Source: a virus (lineage: Duplodnaviria; Caudoviricetes). Taken from it: a DNA stretch of 37,401 nt. This document shows, piece by piece, positions 1 through 9,937 of the stretch. The stretch is from IMG/VR virus record IMGVR_UViG_3300017909_005256, positions 1 to 37,401 of that record, one strand, 5' to 3'. Each line of letters opens with the position of its first letter. The stretch's first letter is position 1. Below the pieces are notes generated by a model. The model searched no databases. It was not told the origin of the DNA and was given only the letters and a program-made list of their open reading frames with translations. The position numbers and the translations under genes were made by a program.

Positions 1-960
1 ATGATTTTATTTACAGCAGACTGGCATATTAAATTAGGTCAAAAGAATGTACCTGTACCGTGGGCTTGTACTCGTTATAAGTTATTTTTCGAACAGATAC
101 AAGAAGCTGTAGATTCACATGGAATTACTCTCCACATCATAGGCGGGGACTTGTTTGATCGAGTCCCTTCTATGGATGAGCTTACTCTTTACTTTGACTT
201 TGTTAAGCAACAAAAAGTAAGAACAATTATTTATGATGGAAACCATGAAGCTACAAAAAAGAATCATACATTCTTTAGTAATTTGATTCGTGCCACTCAT
301 AGTATAAATCCTCTAGTAGAAGTTGTAACAGAAACTTACTACGAAGATGATTGGGCGATTCTTCCCTATGCAGACTTGCATAAAAAGAATCAAATAGAAA
401 ACATCAATGCAGATGTTTTGTTTACTCATGTAAGAGGAGAAATACCCCCTCATGTTACACCAGAAGTAGAATTAGACAGATTTGATAAGTTTGATGTCGT
501 TTTTGCTGGAGATTTACACGCTCACGAGAATACTCAACGAAATATTGTATATCCAGGCAGTCCAATGACAACATCTTTTCATAGAAACGAAGTCCAAACG
601 GGGTTCTTAGTTATTAATCCTGAGAATCATTGGGAGTGGACTTGGCATGAATTTGACTTACCACAACTTATTCGTAAGACAGTAGATAGTGCTGATGAAA
701 TGGTACCAACAGATTTTCATCATACTATTTATGAAGTTGAGGGAGATGTCGCAGATTTGGCAAAAGTTAAAAACTCTGATCTACTTGATAAAAAAGTTGT
801 AAAAAGAGAGGTACAAGCTACTCTTGACTTAAGTAGTGATATGTCTATTTCGGATGAACTTGGCGTTTATCTAAAAGAGATATTATCGTTAAATGATGAT
901 AAAATAAAAAATATAATGGGAGTTTTTAATGATTATTCTTCAGAAGTTAACCTGGGATAA
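1..960 (+). CDS. D12: SbcD/Mre11-like metallophosphoesterase nuclease subunit (T5 D12-like)
   Basis: Phosphoesterase motifs ADWH, GGDLFD, GNHE, THV and GDLH; directly upstream of an SbcC-like ATPase as in T5. Confidence 0.9.
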   Translation: MILFTADWHIKLGQKNVPVPWACTRYKLFFEQIQEAVDSHGITLHIIGGDLFDRVPSMDELTLYFDFVKQQKVRTIIYDGNHEATKKNHTFFSNLIRATHSINPLVEVVTETYYEDDWAILPYADLHKKNQIENINADVLFTHVRGEIPPHVTPEVELDRFDKFDVVFAGDLHAHENTQRNIVYPGSPMTTSFHRNEVQTGFLVINPENHWEWTWHEFDLPQLIRKTVDSADEMVPTDFHHTIYEVEGDVADLAKVKNSDLLDKKVVKREVQATLDLSSDMSISDELGVYLKEILSLNDDKIKNIMGVFNDYSSEVNLG

Positions 961-2734
961 TTGCTTTTCGTATGGAGAAGGAAACGAAATTAATCTTTCG
1001 GATTCTACTCTTACACAATTAGTAGGTACAAATGGTGTTGGTAAATCATCAATACCACTTATATTAGAAGAAGTATTATTTAATAAAAATAGTAAGAATG
1101 TAAAGAAGGCAGATATTGCAAATAGATATGTAAACAAAGGTTATGACATATCTCTTGACTTTACTGTTGATGCAGATTCTTATACTATAAGTGTTAGTCG
1201 TAGGTCAACCCTTAAATGTAAACTTATAAAGAATGGAGAAGATATATCTTCTCACACAGCAAGTAACACTTATAAAACACTCGGTGATATATTAGGTATT
1301 GATTTTAAAACTTTTTCACAATTAGTGTATCAAAATACAAACGCGTCCTTGCAGTTTTTAACTGCTACGGACACTAATCGCAAAAAGTTCTTAATTGATT
1401 TACTAAAATTAGACGAATATGTTTCGTACTTTGAAACTTTTAAAGAAGCAGTACGCAGAACTTCAAGTGATATTGCTGTAACCTCGGGTAAAATTGCGAC
1501 AATTGAAAAATGGTTACAAGACAATAAACTCGAGGATACTACCATACTTCCAAAAATGGATTTACCATTTCAGTCGGAAGAAGATGAGAAAACTTTAAGT
1601 TCATTACAAATAGAATTTGAAAATATCTCCGAAAAGAATAAAAAAATAAATTATAATAATTTACTGAAAGAGCAACTAAAAGATATAGACCTTGATAAAG
1701 CAAAACTTATTGCAAATAATGCTCTTGAGGATACTAATGGTTTATACGGACAAGTAGGAAAATTAAAGTCCGATGTTGGGTATGAAAATAACTTAATACA
1801 AAAATATGAAAATATAAGCGGTCAACCCGTTTGTCCTACTTGCGAACAGGATATAGATACAAATTTTGTTAAAGATCAATTAACTAAACACAGAGTAAAT
1901 GTAGAAAATGCTAATCTACAGATACAAGAATCGGAAGAAAAGATAAAGGAAATAGAGCAAAACAATGAGAATATTAGGAAAGCCAAGCACCAAGTCGAAG
2001 AGTGGGAGAACCTCTTCAGGTCTATTGACAACGAACTCCCAGATAGAGCAATCAATCGAGAAGAGATCGAAAAAAACATTTTGGAGCTTCGTCAAAAAAT
2101 TGCCGATACTCGGGAAGCTCTTTCAAAAGTAGTAGAAGAAAATGAGAGAAGAGAAAGACATAATACAAGAATTGGAATCATACAGGAACAAACTGACGAG
2201 TTTCAGAGAGAGCTTGATGATTTCTCGACTAGACTACAAGGTATTGAAAACAAACTTACGATACTTGAGATACTTAAAAAAGCATTTTCAACAAACGGAC
2301 TCTTAGCTTATAAGATAGAATCTTTAGTAAAAGAGTTGGAAATAATGACAAACGACTATTTAGCAGAATTTAGTGATGGTCGGTTCTCTATTAATTTTGT
2401 AGTAGAGAATGATAAACTAAATGTAGAAGTATCCGATAATGGAAACATTATTGATATTCTAGCACTTTCTTCTGGTGAACTAGCGAGAGTAAATATTGCT
2501 ACTCTAGTTGCCATTAGAAAGCTAATGACTTCAATTAGTAGAAGTCAAATTAATGTACTTTTTCTTGATGAAGTTAATCAAGCATTAGACGAGCAAGGAA
2601 AAGAAAAAGTGGTGGAAGTCCTACTAAAAGAAGAAGGTCTAAATACATATTTAGTTTCTCATGGTTGGACTCACCCACTACTTGAGAAGATAGAAATTAT
2701 CAAAGAAGATAATATATCATGCCTCAACAATTAA
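929..2734 (+). CDS. D13: SbcC/Rad50-like ATPase, recombination exonuclease subunit (T5 D13-like)
   Basis: Walker A GTNGVGKS, long coiled coil with central zinc-hook CPTC, signature LSSGE, Walker B FLDE, H-loop VSH. Confidence 0.92.
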   Translation: MIILQKLTWDNCFSYGEGNEINLSDSTLTQLVGTNGVGKSSIPLILEEVLFNKNSKNVKKADIANRYVNKGYDISLDFTVDADSYTISVSRRSTLKCKLIKNGEDISSHTASNTYKTLGDILGIDFKTFSQLVYQNTNASLQFLTATDTNRKKFLIDLLKLDEYVSYFETFKEAVRRTSSDIAVTSGKIATIEKWLQDNKLEDTTILPKMDLPFQSEEDEKTLSSLQIEFENISEKNKKINYNNLLKEQLKDIDLDKAKLIANNALEDTNGLYGQVGKLKSDVGYENNLIQKYENISGQPVCPTCEQDIDTNFVKDQLTKHRVNVENANLQIQESEEKIKEIEQNNENIRKAKHQVEEWENLFRSIDNELPDRAINREEIEKNILELRQKIADTREALSKVVEENERRERHNTRIGIIQEQTDEFQRELDDFSTRLQGIENKLTILEILKKAFSTNGLLAYKIESLVKELEIMTNDYLAEFSDGRFSINFVVENDKLNVEVSDNGNIIDILALSSGELARVNIATLVAIRKLMTSISRSQINVLFLDEVNQALDEQGKEKVVEVLLKEEGLNTYLVSHGWTHPLLEKIEIIKEDNISCLNN

Positions 2735-2910
2735 AATTTAATTTTAAACCAAGAGATGCCACTCCTGAAGAACAAAAGGAGTGGATAGAAAAAGAATTAG
2801 TACCCTTGGGTGAGAAGCAACTGCCGTTTATAGCATTTATGTCTGTATTACAGGTAGCTACAGTCGGTCTTATGCTTCTAGCCTTTTGGGTAATCGGGAA
2901 AAATATATGA
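2719..2910 (+). CDS. small hypothetical membrane protein
   Basis: 63 aa with one hydrophobic C-terminal segment (FIAFMSVLQVATVGLMLLAFWVI); overlaps the D13 end and its stop overlaps the next ATG (ATGA). Confidence 0.6.
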   Translation: MPQQLKFNFKPRDATPEEQKEWIEKELVPLGEKQLPFIAFMSVLQVATVGLMLLAFWVIGKNI

Positions 2911-3317
2911 AAGGAATGATGATAACAACAGTAGTAGTTCTAGTAGGACTTATATGGTACGTAACAGCAGATAGCCCTCGACAATCAAGAGTTCAAGGGT
3001 GTTATGGTGAATGTTATGAAAGGCATATAGAGATGTATGGAACACTCGCACAACAAATGAAAGCACAAGCAGAGGCTGCAGCGGCTGATGAGTTTTCATC
3101 TATTCGAGGACTCTGGGCGGGTTGCGCGGCTTGTCACGGTAATAACGGACAAGGTGGCGTAGGACCAGCACTAGCAGGAAAAGAAATAGCTGATATGTTA
3201 AAAGCATATCGAGCAGGAGAAACACGAGGCCCTCAGTCAGTAATGATGTGGTCTCAAGCAAGTCAATTAACTGATGGAGAGATTGACTTACTAAGCAAAT
3301 TTACAGTACAATTATGA
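2907..3317 (+). CDS. class I c-type cytochrome (c553/c4-like) with N-terminal membrane anchor or signal
   Basis: Hydrophobic N-terminus, heme motif CAACH followed by GNNGQGGVGPALAG, distal Met (VMMW) and C-terminal helix LTDGEIDLL; start moved to ATG 2907 (ATGA overlap) from the track's 2886. Confidence 0.85.
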   Translation: MKGMMITTVVVLVGLIWYVTADSPRQSRVQGCYGECYERHIEMYGTLAQQMKAQAEAAAADEFSSIRGLWAGCAACHGNNGQGGVGPALAGKEIADMLKAYRAGETRGPQSVMMWSQASQLTDGEIDLLSKFTVQL

Positions 3318-3538
3318 AAATAGAAATTTATAGTATACCAAATTGTCCTTATTGTGTGAAAGCAAAAGCATTAGCAGATGCAAAAGGACACGAAGTAGAA
3401 TACAAGATGATGGGGGAAGACTTTGATATAGCGTATGTCAGAGAACACTTCCCAGAGGCTAGAACTTTTCCACAAATTTTAGTGGATGGAAAGAAGATTG
3501 GAGGATACGTTAACTTACAGGAACTTTTAGATGGTTAA
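3314..3538 (+). CDS. grx: glutaredoxin
   Basis: CPYC active site, TFPQI cis-Pro motif, IGGY; likely reductant for the nearby ribonucleotide reductase. Confidence 0.92.
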   Translation: MKIEIYSIPNCPYCVKAKALADAKGHEVEYKMMGEDFDIAYVREHFPEARTFPQILVDGKKIGGYVNLQELLDG

Positions 3539-4019
3539 TGGTCGAAGAAAAGGACATGACGGAGAAATAAAAGTTGCTGGAATGTTACACAGACATACAG
3601 GATTAACTTTCGTTCAAACACCTGGCTCTGGTAGTGGAAAACTAAAAGGTGACTTGTATGTTCCTCACAAACATAATCTTTTTACAATAGAAGTAAAGTT
3701 TTATAACGATATGGCTTTCAACCATAAAATGTTTACTCAAAAAAGTAATCGTTTTGTAAGTTGGTGGTCGAAGCTAGTAAAACAAGCAGAACAAATGGAA
3801 CAAGAACCCATTTTGTTCTTTAAAGAAAATCACTCACAGTGGTATGTGGCAACGACAAGAAAGCCACTTTGCAAAAAACATTTATATATTAATTGGTTAG
3901 GATGCTATGTATTACTAGCCGAAAAGTTCTTGGAAACACAAAACATGGAATTTACAAATGGCGATACAATTTACGAACCATGGAAAGCCGATCCCGAATG
4001 GGAACTTGTTGATTGTTGA
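3531..4019 (+). CDS. D14: PD-(D/E)xK Holliday-junction resolvase-like endonuclease (T5 D14-like)
   Basis: N-terminal GRRKG..GE, TPGSGSG, GDLYVP and IEVK catalytic pattern; position between D13 and D15. Confidence 0.85.
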   Translation: MVNGRRKGHDGEIKVAGMLHRHTGLTFVQTPGSGSGKLKGDLYVPHKHNLFTIEVKFYNDMAFNHKMFTQKSNRFVSWWSKLVKQAEQMEQEPILFFKENHSQWYVATTRKPLCKKHLYINWLGCYVLLAEKFLETQNMEFTNGDTIYEPWKADPEWELVDC

Positions 4020-4809
4020 TGGACTCAATCTAGCTTTCCGTTGGAAACATCAAGGCAGTACTGATTTCGAGCATGATTATGTTCGAACAGTAGAAAGTCT
4101 TGCAAAGTCCTACAACTGTGGAGATATAGTTGTTCTTGGAGATGGTGGTAGCAACTATCGAAAAGAAATATATCCAGAGTATAAAGCAAATCGTAAAGAA
4201 CGATATGCAGAACAAACTCCTGAGGAAGAACAAGAGTTCTTAGAGTTTTTACAAGAGTTTTCCTTAACTATGGATAACTTAAAAAGCAAAGGATACCTCA
4301 CTCTTAAATACCAAGGAGTAGAAGCGGATGATATTGCCGCTTTAATTTGTCAAAATCGAGAAAATCTAGGTCTTGAAGAAATATGGCTAATATCTTCGGA
4401 TAAAGACTGGGATGCATTGATAGACGACAATATAAGTCGTTTTTCGACTGTAACAAGAAAGGAAACAACCACCCATAACTGGGACGAACATTATGATTTT
4501 AATCCTGAGTACTTCCTTACTTACAAGTGCTTAACAGGAGATAAAGGAGATAATGTTCCAGGAGTTGATGGAGTAGGCCCAAAAAGAGCCGTACAGTTAA
4601 TAGAGCAGTATGGGGATGTTTTCGATATTATGGCGAGTTTGCCTATTGATGGAAAGTATAAATATATTCAGAACTTAAATGAGTTCGGAAGTAATGGACT
4701 AGAAGTAGGTATCAAACTTATGGATTTAACATATGATGTCAATGGCGCTGTGCTAGGGCATGATGAAGATATTATAAAATTAGTGAGAAATTATGTCGAT
4801 AAAAATTGA
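3958..4809 (+). CDS. D15: flap endonuclease / 5'-3' exonuclease (T5 D15-like)
   Basis: LLIVDGLNLAFR, YPEYKANR, GVEADD, SSDKDWD and GDKGDNVPGVDGVGPKRA helix-hairpin-helix. Confidence 0.93.
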   Translation: MAIQFTNHGKPIPNGNLLIVDGLNLAFRWKHQGSTDFEHDYVRTVESLAKSYNCGDIVVLGDGGSNYRKEIYPEYKANRKERYAEQTPEEEQEFLEFLQEFSLTMDNLKSKGYLTLKYQGVEADDIAALICQNRENLGLEEIWLISSDKDWDALIDDNISRFSTVTRKETTTHNWDEHYDFNPEYFLTYKCLTGDKGDNVPGVDGVGPKRAVQLIEQYGDVFDIMASLPIDGKYKYIQNLNEFGSNGLEVGIKLMDLTYDVNGAVLGHDEDIIKLVRNYVDKN

Positions 4810-6559
4810 TTATACAAAAGACAGTCTTTTAGATGAGTTTGCAATTGCTACTCTCAAAGACAGATATATGGTTGAAGGTGAGACTTCTCCACAAGAAGCA
4901 TTTGCTCGTGCAGCAGAAGCTTTCGCAGATGATGAAGATCACGCACAGCGATTGTACGATTATGTTAGCCAACTATGGTTCATGTTTGCAACTCCTGTAC
5001 TATCTAATGGTGGTACGAGGCGAGGATTACCTATAAGTTGCTTTCTGAACTATGTTGATGATAGTCGAGAAGGAATTACAGATCACTTTACTGAAAATGC
5101 TTTTTTAAGTAGTTTTGGAGGTGGTATTGGTGGTACATGGAGTGATGTTCGTTCTGTAGGAAGTAAAACATCAAAGGGCTCAGAAAGTACTGGAGTTATT
5201 CCTTTCGTAAAGGTTGTAGATAGTGAAATGTTGGCATTTAGCCAGGGAGTAACAAGACGGGGTAGTTACGCTGCTTATCTACATATATCCCACCCTGAAA
5301 TAGAGGAATTTCTAGATGGAAGAAAACCAACTGGAGGAGATACTAATCGCAAGTTTACTAATTTGCATCACGCTATCGTTGTACCTGACGCTTTCTTAGA
5401 AAAGATACACAGAGCTACAAAGGAACAAGACTTTGACGATAGTTGGGAGTTAGTCGATCCTCATAGTAAAAAAGTCGTAAAAACAGTTAGTGCAAGAACT
5501 TTGTGGGTAAAAATACTACAAAATAGAATGGAAACAGGAGAGCCGTATATAATGTTCGAAGATGCGGTAAAAGAAGGTTTACCTGAGTTTCAAAAGAAAA
5601 AAGGATTACAAGTACATCATAGTAATCTTTGTAGTGAAATTACTCTTGCAACTAATGAAGAAAGAACCGCAGTATGTTGTCTTTCTAGTGTAAATTTAGA
5701 ATATTATGATGAGTGGAAAAACCACCCAGCATTTATACCTGATTTAGTTAGAATGTTAGACAATGTATTAGAATATTTTATAAATAATGCACCAGACCAA
5801 TTACAAAAAGCTAAATTTAGTGCTTACAGGGAGAGAAGTATAGGTCTAGGCGCTATGGGTTTTCATGCTTATTTACAGAAAAATGGTATTCCTTTTGAGA
5901 GTGCTATGGCAAATATGAGTAATATTGAAATGTTTGATTTTATAAAAACAGAAGCTATGGAAACCACTAGAAAACTTGCAGTAGAGCGAGGAGCATGTCC
6001 CGATGATGATAGTTGTCAAGTGCGAAACGCACATCTACTTGCTATCGCTCCAAATGCAAGTTCTAGTATAATATGTGGTAATACTTCCCCAAGTATTGAG
6101 CCGTATCGTGCAAATGCATACACTCAAAAAACAAAAACAGGAAGTAACCTAGTTAAAAATAAATATCTCGATCTTATTTTAGAAACAAAAGATATTGACT
6201 ATGATGAAACTTGGAAAAGTATTATTGCTAACAAAGGATCAGTTCAACATTTGGATTGTTTAGAACAGTGGGAAAAAGATGTATTTAAGACTGCTGTTGA
6301 GATAAATCAAAGTTGGGTAATAGAACATGCATCTGTTAGGCAACCATATATTTGCCAATCACAGAGTGTGAATTTATTCTTTCCGCCAGATGTGAATAAA
6401 GCAGACTTGCATAATATTCATATGCTGGCATGGGCTAAGAATTTAAAAACGCTTTACTACCTACGAAGCGAGGCTATCAGTCGTGCTGATAATGTTGCTT
6501 CTCAGGCAAAGCGAGAAATAATCTTTGAAAATCAAGATTGTTTAAGTTGTGAGGGATAA
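4793..6559 (+). CDS. nrdA: ribonucleotide reductase class Ia alpha subunit (short form, no ATP cone)
   Basis: ATPVLSN, PISCF, SNLCSEI catalytic loop, IAPNASSS, KTLYYLR tyrosine pair, C-terminal CLSCEG. Confidence 0.95.
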   Translation: MSIKIDYTKDSLLDEFAIATLKDRYMVEGETSPQEAFARAAEAFADDEDHAQRLYDYVSQLWFMFATPVLSNGGTRRGLPISCFLNYVDDSREGITDHFTENAFLSSFGGGIGGTWSDVRSVGSKTSKGSESTGVIPFVKVVDSEMLAFSQGVTRRGSYAAYLHISHPEIEEFLDGRKPTGGDTNRKFTNLHHAIVVPDAFLEKIHRATKEQDFDDSWELVDPHSKKVVKTVSARTLWVKILQNRMETGEPYIMFEDAVKEGLPEFQKKKGLQVHHSNLCSEITLATNEERTAVCCLSSVNLEYYDEWKNHPAFIPDLVRMLDNVLEYFINNAPDQLQKAKFSAYRERSIGLGAMGFHAYLQKNGIPFESAMANMSNIEMFDFIKTEAMETTRKLAVERGACPDDDSCQVRNAHLLAIAPNASSSIICGNTSPSIEPYRANAYTQKTKTGSNLVKNKYLDLILETKDIDYDETWKSIIANKGSVQHLDCLEQWEKDVFKTAVEINQSWVIEHASVRQPYICQSQSVNLFFPPDVNKADLHNIHMLAWAKNLKTLYYLRSEAISRADNVASQAKREIIFENQDCLSCEG

Positions 6560-7519
6560 ATGAGTTTATTAAAAGATAGAAATTATTATAAACCTTTTGA
6601 TTATCCTTGGGCTTTCGAGGCTTACAAAAAGCAACAACAGATGCATTGGTTACCTGATGAAGTGCCATTGCAAGATGATGTAAAAGACTATAACTACAAA
6701 CTTACACCTGAGAATAGAGTACTAATTGATAATATCTTTAGATTCTTTACTCAGGCAGATGTGGATGTTTGTTGTGGATATGCAAAACACTATCTACCTA
6801 CATTCAAATCTCCAGAAGTAAGAATGATGTTAGTATCTTTTGCAGCTATGGAAGCAGTACACCAAGATGCTTATTCAGCGTTATTGGAAACTTTAGGAAA
6901 GACAGAGGATATTTACCAAGAATTTATGGATATTCAAGAAATGGTTGAAAAACATGAATATCTATCAGATTTTAACATGAATGATCCACATAATATTGCA
7001 AAAACTCTTGCAGTATATAGTGGATTTACAGAGGGAGTACAATTATTTAGTAGTTTTGCTATACTATTGAACTTCCCAAGACATAATTTAATGAAAGGTA
7101 TGGGACAAATTGTTACATGGTCTATACGTGATGAGACACTTCATGTAGAAAATGTTTCAAAGTTGTTTAGAACTTTCATAGCAGAGAATCCAGACATATG
7201 GACTGATAAACTAAAATATGAAATATATTGTGCGGCAGAACGTGTTGTTGAATTAGAAGATAAATTTATTGATGTTTGTTTTGAAAAATCAAATATACCA
7301 GATTTAACAGCAAAAGAAGTTAAAGAGTATATTCGTTATATTGCTGACAGAAGATTACTAGGACTAGGAATGAAAAATATATTTCATAGTACTGATAATC
7401 CGTTACCGTGGATTGATATGCAAATAAATGCAGTGGAGCATACTAACTTTTTTGAAAACCGTGCTACGGAGTATGCTAAAAGTAGCACACAAGGAAATTG
7501 GCAGGATATATTTAAATGA
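6560..7519 (+). CDS. nrdB: ribonucleotide reductase class Ia beta subunit
   Basis: W.PDEV, FFTQAD, EAVHQDAY (radical Tyr retained), EGVQLFSSF, RDETLH, NFFENRATEY. Confidence 0.95.
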   Translation: MSLLKDRNYYKPFDYPWAFEAYKKQQQMHWLPDEVPLQDDVKDYNYKLTPENRVLIDNIFRFFTQADVDVCCGYAKHYLPTFKSPEVRMMLVSFAAMEAVHQDAYSALLETLGKTEDIYQEFMDIQEMVEKHEYLSDFNMNDPHNIAKTLAVYSGFTEGVQLFSSFAILLNFPRHNLMKGMGQIVTWSIRDETLHVENVSKLFRTFIAENPDIWTDKLKYEIYCAAERVVELEDKFIDVCFEKSNIPDLTAKEVKEYIRYIADRRLLGLGMKNIFHSTDNPLPWIDMQINAVEHTNFFENRATEYAKSSTQGNWQDIFK

Positions 7520-7710
7520 TGGAAACTATAACTATAGACGGAAAAGAATATGAAGTAGAGCATTTGGAAGATAGTCAAAAAGCTATCGTTCAAGCTCTAA
7601 ACTATTGCTCTGTAAAAATTGATGAGACAAAACATCAACTAGCTGCGTTAGAAACAGCGAAGCAGGCATATATTAATGACTTAGGAAATCAACTAAAAGA
7701 GGATAGCTAA
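7516..7710 (+). CDS. small coiled-coil hypothetical protein (resembles DUF6447-type 'ITIDGKEY' proteins)
   Basis: 64 aa; ITIDGKEY N-terminus plus heptad helix; coupled to neighbours by ATGA and TAATG overlaps. Confidence 0.65.
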   Translation: MMETITIDGKEYEVEHLEDSQKAIVQALNYCSVKIDETKHQLAALETAKQAYINDLGNQLKEDS

Positions 7711-8369
7711 TGAAAATATTTATTGGGTATGAAGAAGAATATCCAGAAATGTTTGAGGTATGTAAAGAATCAATACTTCGTTACAATAGTAATCATGAGA
7801 TAATACCTCTAAGAAAATCTAAGTTAGAAAACGATGGGGTTTACTGGAGAGCATTTCAAGGTGAAAGCACAGATTTTGCTTTTACTCGCTTTCTAGTACC
7901 TTATCTATGTAATTATGAGGGCAATGCCCTATTTTGTGATGGAGACTTTCTTTGGTATTGTGATCCCGAAGAAATTAAAGATTGGGTAGATGATGAAGCA
8001 GTTTCATGCGTTCAACATCCTTGGCTAGTTTTTGAAGAGCATCGCAAAATGAAAGATAAAACAAATAGACCGTATAAACGAAAATATTGGTCTAGTCTTA
8101 TGTATTTTAATAATACAAAATGTAAAACGCTAACAAAAGAAGCAGTTAGTGTACGTAATGCCGCATGGCTACACGAAATGGATTGGGCGGAGTCAGTGGG
8201 TAGTATACCTGCTATATACAACGCTATGATAAACTATTATGACTTTAGTATAAAAGCTAAAGCAGTTCATTTTACTGATGGTGGCCCTTGGCTTGATATT
8301 AACGATAATTTACTATATAGTTCAGAATGGATAAAAATTTACAACAACTTACTGAAAACAAAAATATAA
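7710..8369 (+). CDS. GT-A fold nucleotide-diphospho-sugar glycosyltransferase (CDI-like / GT8-related)
   Basis: KIFIGY, STDFAFTRFLVPYL, DxD motif (FCDGDFL), RKYWSSLMYFN, VHFTDGGPW. Confidence 0.85.
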   Translation: MKIFIGYEEEYPEMFEVCKESILRYNSNHEIIPLRKSKLENDGVYWRAFQGESTDFAFTRFLVPYLCNYEGNALFCDGDFLWYCDPEEIKDWVDDEAVSCVQHPWLVFEEHRKMKDKTNRPYKRKYWSSLMYFNNTKCKTLTKEAVSVRNAAWLHEMDWAESVGSIPAIYNAMINYYDFSIKAKAVHFTDGGPWLDINDNLLYSSEWIKIYNNLLKTKI

Positions 8370-8992
8370 TAATTGTAGGAAATTCAGTAGAGATTCTACG
8401 ATATAAAAAAGGTGACTTTATAGATTCATTTGATACAGTTGTTCGACTAGGAAAAGGAATACCTGAAGATAGAGTGTATGAAAATATTGGTCGAAAATTT
8501 GATATTTGGGTTACTACTTGGTTACGAATAAAAATGAATAAATTTGTGCCTAAGCATACCTATGCTTTATTCAATGAATCAAGATGGAATCTTGACTACC
8601 ATCCACCCAATGAAAGAATACCCGAAGATAGAGAATTTCATAGTATGTTTAGTTTAGAAGAATATCAAGAACTTAGAAAAGAATGTGGAACTAAAGAAGG
8701 GTGGAAAAAAGCTGGAGAAAGACCTTCAAATGGATATGTTGCAATAAAATATTTTTTAAATAAATGTAATTGTAAGAGTATCACTCTAATTGGGTTTGAT
8801 TTTTTCAGTAAGAAGTTGCCCTTCAAAGCAGGGAGTGATTATCCATCAAGTTGGCATATCCCAATGAATACTGCTGAAGGGGCTATTCATGCTCCAAAAG
8901 AAAAAGAGCTAGTGTTAAAACTACATGAAGAAGGAAAGGTAAACTTAATTCAACTATCTAATTTAGATGAAGAATTTTTAAAGTTTACCTAA
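8327..8992 (+). CDS. GT29 sialyltransferase-like protein
   Basis: Sialylmotif-L-like IIIVGNS..L....G.FIDSFDTVVR, sialylmotif-S-like PSNGYVAIKYFLNKCNCKSITLIGFDFF, late His..Glu resembling motif VS. Confidence 0.72.
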   Translation: MDKNLQQLTENKNIIIVGNSVEILRYKKGDFIDSFDTVVRLGKGIPEDRVYENIGRKFDIWVTTWLRIKMNKFVPKHTYALFNESRWNLDYHPPNERIPEDREFHSMFSLEEYQELRKECGTKEGWKKAGERPSNGYVAIKYFLNKCNCKSITLIGFDFFSKKLPFKAGSDYPSSWHIPMNTAEGAIHAPKEKELVLKLHEEGKVNLIQLSNLDEEFLKFT

Positions 8993-9937
8993 CTTAAATC
9001 CTGTATCTAGTAAATTTTTACTTATATATTTCTGTTTTTCAGCTTTCAATAATAAATTTTCATTTATCGCTGCATCTCTAAAATTAACAGGAATACTATC
9101 AATCAAATCTGTATATAAATCCCAAGGAGTTGAGAGCTGAATAGAAGTTCTTAAGTTCTCATATTTAGCTGTCAAATACTGTGTGTCAATTTGTAAAGTC
9201 CATGCTTTTCTTAACATCTTATTATAGTTAAGACAATCTAGCGGGCCTAATGAATCATTTGTTACTAGATCATCTAGCTTACCATCTGCATAGACTGGCA
9301 TTTTTCCATGATTATATGTCATTAACATTTGCATAAATCTATCTGTTTTTGCATGTCTCAGTTGAGTATCTATATAAGGCTCATCTCCATTAACTGATGG
9401 TCGTTTTTCAAAAAATAAATCTTGATTTGGCATATGTTTTAACTTTTTCCAATTAAGTAAAAAGAAATTATCATTATACCTCCATCTTCCATCATTCATT
9501 TTATTGCCTTTAAAATTAATTCCTAAAATATTATAATATCCTTTGTAGTGTGGATGTTTTTCAAATTGATGATTAATAGATAGACTAGATAAAGATTTAA
9601 AAAATTCTTCGGGAGGTAGATTACCACCCTCTAATCTGCCTAAAAATATTCTAGGGCCATTTGCAAATACTATTCTTTTATTTAGTTCTCTTTTATTTTT
9701 CCACCACTCTTTCAAATGCAAAATTGTTTTTGCCTGTGAATGAGCCGTCCAACCTTTCCACGGCACTTGATATATCATTACGTCATTAAAATTATCAAGT
9801 ACCCATTTTACTTCTCTATCTCTCCAATGATCTTCGCTTATATATAAATGAAGTCTAAAGGGGTCAGTTTTATTCAATAGAGAAGCTAGAGTAAACATAC
9901 TCCATACGCGTTTATAATTATGTACTATTTCAACCAT
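8978..9937 (-). CDS. divergent GT8-like (GT-A) protein lacking a clear DxD
   Basis: N-terminal FTLASLLNK..FRLHLY, KRIVFANG where GT8 has KxlYLDxD, YNDNFFLLNWKKLK resembling GT8 YFNSGVLLiNLkkWR. Confidence 0.5.
   Translation of the reverse strand: MVEIVHNYKRVWSMFTLASLLNKTDPFRLHLYISEDHWRDREVKWVLDNFNDVMIYQVPWKGWTAHSQAKTILHLKEWWKNKRELNKRIVFANGPRIFLGRLEGGNLPPEEFFKSLSSLSINHQFEKHPHYKGYYNILGINFKGNKMNDGRWRYNDNFFLLNWKKLKHMPNQDLFFEKRPSVNGDEPYIDTQLRHAKTDRFMQMLMTYNHGKMPVYADGKLDDLVTNDSLGPLDCLNYNKMLRKAWTLQIDTQYLTAKYENLRTSIQLSTPWDLYTDLIDSIPVNFRDAAINENLLLKAEKQKYISKNLLDTGFKLGKL

Noticed and set aside
2886-2906. Track start of the cytochrome c ORF at 2886
   Set aside because: TTG start inside the upstream gene; ATG 2907 gives an ATGA overlap and a clean signal-like N-terminus.
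4793-7519. Intron, intein or homing endonuclease in nrdA/nrdB
   Set aside because: Both ORFs are continuous and compact with expected motif spacing.
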